From Alphaproteobacteria bacterium (GTDB lineage Bacteria; Pseudomonadota; Alphaproteobacteria; Rhizobiales; BM303), in contig JAJRYE010000046.1 of assembly GCA_024275895.1 (NCBI GenBank), forward strand, positions 25,411 through 89,410: a stretch of 64,000 nt of DNA, written 5' to 3'. Under the pieces are notes generated by a model. That model searched no databases. It saw nothing but the letters and a program-made list of their open reading frames with translations, and was not told where the DNA came from. Every line of letters starts with the position of its first letter. Positions within the stretch are counted from its first letter, which is position 1. Below, in pieces: positions 57,595 to 64,000 of this stretch. A program made the translations under genes and the position numbers.

Positions 57595-58499
57595 GCAGGC
57601 AGGCGAGGATTATTGACGGCAAGGCGATCGCGGCAGATCTGCGCGCCACCATAAAAACCGCCACGGAAAAAATGGCCCGCAAACATGATATTCAGCCTGG
57701 ACTTGCGGTGGTGCTGGTGGGCGAGGATCCGGCAAGCCAGGTCTATGTGCGCAACAAGGGCCGGCAATGCGCCGAGGCGGGAATGAAATCCTTCACCCAC
57801 CGCCTGCCGGCCGAAACCGGCGAGGAACAAATCCTCGAACTGGTTGAAAACCTCAACCGCGCCCCCGCGGTGGACGGCATTCTGGTCCAGCTTCCCCTGC
57901 CCGGGCATATCGACGCCAATCGCATCATCGACGCCATTGATCCGGACAAGGATGTTGATGGGCTGCATGTGATCAATGCCGGCCGCCTGATCAGCGGCCG
58001 CGAGGGTTTGCGCCCCTGCACCCCGGTTGGCTGTGTCATGCTGGCGCGCCATGCCCTTGGCGATTTACAGGGTTTGAACGCGGTCATTGTCGGGCGTTCC
58101 AATCTGGTCGGCAAGCCGCTGGCGCAATTGCTGCTGAATGAAAACTGCACCGTCACCATTGCCCATTCGCGCACCCGCCATCTCAACCAGGTCTGCCACG
58201 GCGCCGACCTGCTTATCGCGGCGGTTGGGGTTCCGGAACTGATCAAGGGGAGCTGGGTGCGCCCTGGGGCCTGTGTCATTGATGTCGGGATCAACCGGGT
58301 GGATGCGGGCGGCGGCAAGATGCGCCTGATCGGCGATGTCGAGTTTGACACCGCCGTGAAAACCGCCGGCTTCATCACCCCGGTGCCGGGCGGCGTCGGC
58401 CCGATGACCATCGCCTGTCTGCTGCTCAACACCCTGCGGGCCGCATGCACGCATCACGATATCGCGCTTGCAAGCTATATTGATCTGACCCGGATATAA
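57591..58499 (+). CDS. folD: Methylenetetrahydrofolate dehydrogenase/cyclohydrolase
   Basis: [48 protein letters not shown]. Confidence 0.97.
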   Translation: MSRQARIIDGKAIAADLRATIKTATEKMARKHDIQPGLAVVLVGEDPASQVYVRNKGRQCAEAGMKSFTHRLPAETGEEQILELVENLNRAPAVDGILVQLPLPGHIDANRIIDAIDPDKDVDGLHVINAGRLISGREGLRPCTPVGCVMLARHALGDLQGLNAVIVGRSNLVGKPLAQLLLNENCTVTIAHSRTRHLNQVCHGADLLIAAVGVPELIKGSWVRPGACVIDVGINRVDAGGGKMRLIGDVEFDTAVKTAGFITPVPGGVGPMTIACLLLNTLRAACTHHDIALASYIDLTRI

Positions 58500-58514
58500 G
58501 GATAAAACCAGCCC

Positions 58515-59066
58515 ATGCATCCCGTCATCAAAGCGCTTAGCGAATATGGTCCTCTTGTCGTTTTTTTTGCTGCCAACGCCAGATACGGCATTTTTACCGC
58601 CACCGCCATCTTCATGGCCGCCAGCGCCATAGCGCTGGTTGTCTCTTTTGTCCTGACCCGGAGACTGGCGAAAATGCCCCTGATCACGGCGGCGTTTGTG
58701 TTTGTCTTCGGCGGGCTGACCCTGTGGCTGAATGATGAAACCTTTATCAAGGTGAAACCCACTCTGGTCTATCTGCTCTTTACGGTGATCCTGCTTGGCG
58801 GATACTGGATGAAGCGTTATTTCCTCGCTGATTTGTTTGGCGCCGCGCTTGAGCTTGACACGGAGGGCTGGCGGCGCATGACCTTGCGCTGGGCGGTGTT
58901 TTTTGCCGGGCTTGCCCTGCTCAATGAGTATATCTGGCGCAATTTCTCCACCGATATGTGGGTCAATCTGAAAGTTTTCGGTTTTGCGCCCTTGACGGTC
59001 GTTTTTGCCATGGCTCAAACCGGATTGATCAAAAAGCACATGATCGAACGTGATGACACCGCCTGA
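58515..59066 (+). CDS. yciB: Inner-membrane protein YciB/IspZ
   Basis: GPLVVFF, FGGLTL...ETFIK.KPT, LNEYIWR, WVNLKVFG. Confidence 0.92.
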   Translation: MHPVIKALSEYGPLVVFFAANARYGIFTATAIFMAASAIALVVSFVLTRRLAKMPLITAAFVFVFGGLTLWLNDETFIKVKPTLVYLLFTVILLGGYWMKRYFLADLFGAALELDTEGWRRMTLRWAVFFAGLALLNEYIWRNFSTDMWVNLKVFGFAPLTVVFAMAQTGLIKKHMIERDDTA

Positions 59067-59589
59067 ACCGCCCCGTTCCGTAAGACTGCCGAAAGAGCTT
59101 GTCAGGCTCGACCGATCCATGGCCCATCTCCTGCACCGGGCGCAGCAACTGGCCACCGAGATTTTCCGCGAGGAAATGGGAACCATCGGTCTCACCCGGC
59201 CGCAATTTGCCTTTTTGCTATCCATCTTGCGCGGCCCCGGTCTGGGCCAGAAGGAGCTGGCGGCGCAAATGGGCGCAGATACCAGCACGATCGCCGAAAT
59301 CGCCGCACGCATGGAGGCTTGCGGCTATATCACCCGCGAACCGCGTCAGGGCAGCCCGCGCGGGGTCCGGCTTGATCTGACCCTCGCTGGCAAACGCCGG
59401 CTGAAAAGAGCCCGGCAGGCCGCCGCCAGGGCAGACCGTATTTTGCTGCATCTTTTCCCCGCCCGCGACCGGCGCGCGGTCCTGACCGGGTTAATGCATC
59501 TGTCGGATGAAATGGGCAGGCGCGAGAAAGAGCGCCGTGAACCCCGCAAGGTCCGGCCCCGCAAATCCGCACCGCAAAAGCGCAGATGA
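59053..59589 (+). CDS. MarR family transcriptional regulator
   Basis: HLLHRAQQ, LT.PQF, Q.ELA...G.D.ST, winged-helix LT..GK. Confidence 0.85.
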   Translation: MTPPEPPRSVRLPKELVRLDRSMAHLLHRAQQLATEIFREEMGTIGLTRPQFAFLLSILRGPGLGQKELAAQMGADTSTIAEIAARMEACGYITREPRQGSPRGVRLDLTLAGKRRLKRARQAAARADRILLHLFPARDRRAVLTGLMHLSDEMGRREKERREPRKVRPRKSAPQKRR

Positions 59590-59625
59590 AACCGGTCTGC
59601 CGTTAAATTCCAGGGCATGGCGCAA

Positions 59626-59641
59626 GTTAACGCTGAATTAA
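59626..59641 (-). promoter_or_regulatory. CtrA-type box upstream of the PBP gene
   Basis: Reverse complement TTAA-TTCAGCG-TTAAC matches TTAA-N7-TTAAC. Confidence 0.6.
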
Positions 59642-59691
59642 ACCGCTTTTTCTAGGGTGAAAACCGGTACGATTCGTGTCAGGACCCAGCT

Positions 59692-61746
59692 TTGACCAGC
59701 CAGAAAAAAAAGCCAAACGGCAAAGTCCGCCCGCCGAGCCGCAGAACCGGCGGCAGGGTGCAGCAAAGCACGCTGCGTAAAAAGCGCCGCAATCCGCGCC
59801 GCAAAAGCTCGACTACGCTGATTATTTTCAAAAAACTGACCTATTGGAGCACCGTCGCCGGCTTGTGGCTCATGCTGGGATTTGCCGGTATGATGGGGTA
59901 TTACGCCCTGTCTCTGCCAGGCCCGGACAAACTCAAAATTCCCCAGCGCGCCCCCTCCATCGTGATTCTCGACCGCCATGGCGGCGAACTGGCACGGCGC
60001 GGCGCCTATCGCGGCCATGCCTTGCGCATCGAAGACATGCCGCCCCATCTCCTGCAAGCGGTTATCGCCACCGAGGACCGGCGGTTTTACTCGCATTTCG
60101 GTGTCGATCCGCTGGGGCTCTTCCGCGCCACATTCGCCAATCTCATCGCCGGGCGCATTGTTCAGGGCGGCAGCACCATCAGCCAGCAGCTTGCCAAAAA
60201 CCTGTTCCTGAAGCCGGATCGAACTTTTGGCCGTAAAATGCGCGAACTTCAGCTTGCCCTGTGGCTGGAACGCAAATATTCCAAAAACCAGATTCTGGAG
60301 ATGTATCTCAATCGGGTTTATCTGGGTGCGGGCACCTATGGAGTTGACGCTGCCGCCCGGCGTTATTTTGGCAAATCGGCGCGCCATGTTACCTTAAGCG
60401 AGGCCGCCACCCTGGCCGGATTATTAAAAGCCCCCTCGCGTTATGCGCCAAATAAAAACCCCGAACTTGCCCGCGCCCGCACATCTCTCGTTCTGGCCAA
60501 TATGCGCGGCGAGGGCTATATCAGCCAGGCGGAACAGGCCCACGCGCTGAAATATCCCGGCTCAAGATCAATACGCAAACCCCTGCCCGGTTCGGGCTAT
60601 GCGGTGGACTGGGTGGCCGGGATGCTGCGTGATTATACCGGCGAGCTCAGCGGCGATGTTGTTGTGGAGACCACCCTGGACCGGGTCTTGCAGCAAAAGG
60701 CAAGATATGTGGTTCAAAAATGGATGAAACGGGAAGGCCCGCGGGGGAATGCCGGGCAGGCCGCCCTGATAGCAATGGATGAAAACGGCGCCGTTCTGGC
60801 GCTGGTGGGGGGCAAGGATTACGGTACCAGCCAGTTCAACCGGGCGGTCAAGGCACGCCGCCAGCCCGGCTCGGCCTTTAAACCCTTTGTCTATTTAAGC
60901 GCTCTCGAAGCGGGCCTTACCCCCCGGACCGTTCGCAAGGACCGCCCGATGATCATCAAGGGCTGGATGCCGCGCAACTATTCGGGCGGCTATTCGGGCA
61001 AGGTCACGTTGCAAGCTGCGCTCGCCCGCTCGATCAATACCGTGGCGGCCGGCCTCACCGAAGAGGTGGGCATAAACAAGGTGATCTCCACCGCACGCCG
61101 GCTGGGCATATCCTCGCCCCTGCATAACAATCCTTCCTTGTCGCTCGGAACGGCGGAAGTTTCCCTGCTTGAGCTTACCGGTGCCTATACACCGTTCATG
61201 AATGGCGGCTTCAGCGTTATCCCCCATGTCATCACAAGGGTGCGCACAAGAAGCGGCAAGGTGCTCTTTGAGCGTTCAGTCTCGGGGCCAAGGCGGATTA
61301 TCAGGCCCGAACATGTCGCGCAGATGAATACCATGCTGCGGGCCGTGGTAAGCAGCGGTACCGGCAAACGCGCCCGCATGAAGCGCATGGTAGCGGGGAA
61401 AACCGGCACCTCGCAAGGTTTCAGGGATGCCTGGTTTATTGGTTACAGCGCCGATCTGAGCACCGGTGTCTGGGTCGGCAATGATGACGGCTCCAGCATG
61501 ATAAAGGTCACCGGCGGCAGGCTGCCGGCGCAAATCTGGAAGGATTTCATGGTGTTGGCCCATGAGAGGCTTCCCGGCCGCGGCCTGCCTGGAATAGGCG
61601 GCAGCCTTAACTCAGGCCTCAAAGTGGCCTCAAGCTCCAAAACCGATCTGGCCTCGCCAGCCAGGCCGCCGGAACGCAAGCGCGGATTTTCCGTTGATGC
61701 GGGATTTCTCAAACGGCTGTTTTCAGGTTCCGGGAACAGCCAGTAG
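59692..61746 (+). CDS. Class A penicillin-binding protein (PBP1A family)
   Basis: EDRRFY.HFG, GGSTISQQLAKN, RKMRE, YLNR; transpeptidase motifs SAFK, SIN, KTG. Confidence 0.94.
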   Translation: MTSQKKKPNGKVRPPSRRTGGRVQQSTLRKKRRNPRRKSSTTLIIFKKLTYWSTVAGLWLMLGFAGMMGYYALSLPGPDKLKIPQRAPSIVILDRHGGELARRGAYRGHALRIEDMPPHLLQAVIATEDRRFYSHFGVDPLGLFRATFANLIAGRIVQGGSTISQQLAKNLFLKPDRTFGRKMRELQLALWLERKYSKNQILEMYLNRVYLGAGTYGVDAAARRYFGKSARHVTLSEAATLAGLLKAPSRYAPNKNPELARARTSLVLANMRGEGYISQAEQAHALKYPGSRSIRKPLPGSGYAVDWVAGMLRDYTGELSGDVVVETTLDRVLQQKARYVVQKWMKREGPRGNAGQAALIAMDENGAVLALVGGKDYGTSQFNRAVKARRQPGSAFKPFVYLSALEAGLTPRTVRKDRPMIIKGWMPRNYSGGYSGKVTLQAALARSINTVAAGLTEEVGINKVISTARRLGISSPLHNNPSLSLGTAEVSLLELTGAYTPFMNGGFSVIPHVITRVRTRSGKVLFERSVSGPRRIIRPEHVAQMNTMLRAVVSSGTGKRARMKRMVAGKTGTSQGFRDAWFIGYSADLSTGVWVGNDDGSSMIKVTGGRLPAQIWKDFMVLAHERLPGRGLPGIGGSLNSGLKVASSSKTDLASPARPPERKRGFSVDAGFLKRLFSGSGNSQ

Positions 61747-62919
61747 TTTTTTGCCCGCAATCAGAAGGAAAGCGGCAACGCCCAGCAGGGCAATCAGGAG
61801 CGCCAGCCCCCAGGCGCCGTTTGCCAGATTGTGACCGGCAAGAATGCCCGCCGCCGCCCCGGAGCTTGTCTGCAAGAACCCGAGCAATGAAGACGCCGTA
61901 CCGGCTTTTTCGGGAAAAGGCGTCAGCGCCCCGGCCATGCATTGCGGCAGAACCATGCCGACCCCGGCGGAATACAGTGTCATGGGCATGATAATGTTCC
62001 AGGCCCCGGCGAGCTGGTAAAAGACCATGGCCGCCATGATTATCCCGCCGGCAAGAAGAAAAAGCGCCCCCAGATTAATCACCCGGTCCAGTCCCAGCTG
62101 CATGGTAAGCCGCGCTCCGATCAGGGTTCCGGTGATATATCCGGCCACCATGAAAGCAAAGGAAAGCCCGTAAAGGCGAGGGGAAAGACCATAGACATCC
62201 TGAAAGACAAAGGAGGAACCCGAGATAAAGGCAAACAGCCCGGCAAAAGCCAGAGAGGCCCCGGCGACATAAAACACAAAAATACGATTTTGCAGCAACC
62301 GTTTGTAATTACACAGGATTTCGGCAAGACCGGGCGGCTGCGCCCGTCTGGCCTTGAGCGTTTCAGGCAAGGCGCGCGCCCCCAGCCACAGCAGCGCCAG
62401 AGCCAGCAGGGCGGTCACGGCAAAATTTATCCGCCAGCCGAAAGCCTCATGCAACAGGCCGCCAACAACCGGGGCAATCGCCGGCACCAGCCCCATGATC
62501 GCCCCCATATGGGAAAGCATGCGCCCGGCCTCGGGGCCGCGGTAAAGATCGCGCACAATGGCGCGCGCCAGTACCACGGGACCGGCCGCGCCGATCGCCT
62601 GAACGAAACGCCCGGCGATCAAAAATTCGATTGAGGGGCTGAATGTACATATGAATGTCGCCACAACAAAAAGTCCCAGCCCGCTCAGCAGGACGGGCCT
62701 GCGCCCCAGCCGGTCGGCAAGGGGGCCGTAAATCAGCATTCCAGCGGCAAAGCCGAACAAAAACACGCTCAAGGTGAGCTGGGTGTTGGCATCGCTTGTG
62801 GCAAGCTGCCGCGAGATATCGGGCAGGGAGGGCAGATACATATCGGTCGAGAGTGGTCCCATGGCTGTGAGCAGGGCGAGCAAAACCGTTAATCTGAATG
62901 TTCCGGGGGGGGCAATCAT
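61723..62919 (-). CDS. Bcr/CflA subfamily MFS efflux transporter
   Basis: DMYLPSLP, GPLADRLGRRP, GRFVQAIG, LPETL, AGTASSL. Confidence 0.92.
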   Translation of the reverse strand: MIAPPGTFRLTVLLALLTAMGPLSTDMYLPSLPDISRQLATSDANTQLTLSVFLFGFAAGMLIYGPLADRLGRRPVLLSGLGLFVVATFICTFSPSIEFLIAGRFVQAIGAAGPVVLARAIVRDLYRGPEAGRMLSHMGAIMGLVPAIAPVVGGLLHEAFGWRINFAVTALLALALLWLGARALPETLKARRAQPPGLAEILCNYKRLLQNRIFVFYVAGASLAFAGLFAFISGSSFVFQDVYGLSPRLYGLSFAFMVAGYITGTLIGARLTMQLGLDRVINLGALFLLAGGIIMAAMVFYQLAGAWNIIMPMTLYSAGVGMVLPQCMAGALTPFPEKAGTASSLLGFLQTSSGAAAGILAGHNLANGAWGLALLIALLGVAAFLLIAGKKLLAVPGT

Positions 62920-62925
62920 TATACT

Positions 62926-63705
62926 TTACTCATGAGCGGCGCATCTTCCATAACGATGCAGCCGGTTGCCGTTGGTCTTCAGCCAGCGCCGCGCCTCTTT
63001 CATATCCGGGCAGGTGCCCTGCACATGACGCCAGAAGGCTTTTGAGTGGTTCATCTCCAGAAGATGCGCCACCTCATGCGCCGCGACATAGTCAAGAACC
63101 CCGGGCGGCGCGAGAATCAGCCGCCAGGAAAAATTAAGATTGCCGCGCGAGGAGCAGGACCCCCAGCGGCTGCTCTGATCGCGCACGGATAGGCGCGCCG
63201 GTTTGACCCCAAGCCTCAAAGCGTGGGTTTTGACCGCCCGGCCCAGATCGCGCCTTGCCTCGCCCCTGAGCCAGTCCCGCAGCCTCCGTGGCAGATGTTC
63301 GGGCGGGGCAGGAACGATGAGCCGGGCGGCGGCGGCATCAGTGCGGGGAATGGAGCGCACCAGACCGCGCAACTGTTTCTTGTGCCGGATCACATGATCT
63401 TCCCCGCGCAGCGGGATGACCTGCCCGTCGGCAAAGGGAATATCGGGCGGACGCGCTTCAAGCTGGCGCCGTATCCAGTTCTCATGGGCGCGGGCGAAAT
63501 CATAGGCCTTTTCCAGCTTGCAGCCGCGCGGCACCACCAGGGCGATTTTGCCTTGCTGCGGGCTCAGGCGCAGGGCAAGACGCCGCGCGCGTTCCGAATG
63601 GCGGATTTTAAGCGCCAGCATTCCATCCTGGGTCTGCATTTCCCAAATGCCGTTTGCCGCGTCAGGGGCGTCTTGCCCGGCGCGCGCCCTGAATATCCGC
63701 CTCAT
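62926..63705 (-). CDS. YgjP/DUF45 (M48-like) metallopeptidase family protein
   Basis: RWGSCS, FSWRLI, YV.AHEVAHL..NHS..FW. Confidence 0.9.
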   Translation of the reverse strand: MRRIFRARAGQDAPDAANGIWEMQTQDGMLALKIRHSERARRLALRLSPQQGKIALVVPRGCKLEKAYDFARAHENWIRRQLEARPPDIPFADGQVIPLRGEDHVIRHKKQLRGLVRSIPRTDAAAARLIVPAPPEHLPRRLRDWLRGEARRDLGRAVKTHALRLGVKPARLSVRDQSSRWGSCSSRGNLNFSWRLILAPPGVLDYVAAHEVAHLLEMNHSKAFWRHVQGTCPDMKEARRWLKTNGNRLHRYGRCAAHE

Positions 63706-64000
63706 CTGGCGTTAAGAACGGTTGTACAGGCAGCAGGCAGATCGGCCAGGGTGATGGGCGGTTTGGGCTTGTATTTGACCTTTGGTTTCTTTTTGGGCGG
63801 TTTCTTGCGCGCATAGGGGGCGTCGGAAAGCCACCAGTCGAGTTTTTTACCACAGCCATCGCCGGGCGGCGGCGGCGGCTGGTTCTTGCATTTCCCCCTG
63901 GGGCTCTGGCATTTCAGACGAACATGGAAATGATAATGATGCCCGTACCAGGGACGGATCTTGCGCAGCCATTTGCGGTCCTTGCCGGCAAATTCACACA
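63702..64000 (-). CDS. mepA: Penicillin-insensitive murein endopeptidase (C-terminal part, truncated by window edge)
   Basis: Manual translation: ...WLRKIRPWYGHHYHFHVRLKC...QPPPPPGDGC...LPAAC; stop overlaps the next ATG; absent from the ORF track. Confidence 0.88.
   Translation of the reverse strand, partial: CEFAGKDRKWLRKIRPWYGHHYHFHVRLKCQSPRGKCKNQPPPPPGDGCGKKLDWWLSDAPYARKKPPKKKPKVKYKPKPPITLADLPAACTTVLNAR

Noticed and set aside
56967-59312. Minus-strand ORFs of 361 and 415 aa
   Set aside because: Antisense shadows of yggT-DUF167-folD-yciB-marR.

Overview
GC-rich alphaproteobacterial chromosome segment, most consistent with Hyphomicrobiales/Rhizobiales from gene content (chvI-chvG-hprK-manX-npr, rnd-lptCAB-rpoN-hpf-ptsN, purH, large NAD-GDH, hemH, folD, a GTTC-N7-GTTC LexA box and a CtrA box). 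It holds about 56 CDSs and two tRNAs (Leu-CAA, Ala-CGC). I saw no transposase, integrase, prophage or CRISPR array. Accessory content includes an orphan PomAB-like stator pair, an orphan ZnuA-like protein, a BigR/SqrR-type ArsR regulator and an ~18 kb organic-acid module (Cache two-component system, TRAP, fused IOR, acyl-CoA ligases, Liv-type ABC). The strongest unexplained signals are: (1) a probable ~210-nt sRNA (6575-6788) with its own sigma70 promoter, SqrR/BigR-like operator and intrinsic terminator; (2) a ~120-bp tandem array behind tRNA-Leu whose units appear to fold as tRNA mimics ending in ACCA; (3) next to it, an AT-rich region with FNR-like and Fur-like boxes ahead of an uncharacterised diheme cytochrome c / Tat beta-propeller pair; (4) a GTP-type PEPCK at the chvI locus, where ATP-type pckA normally sits; (5) dispersed and nested palindromic repeats. 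All calls come from reading motifs by eye; no database searches were run.
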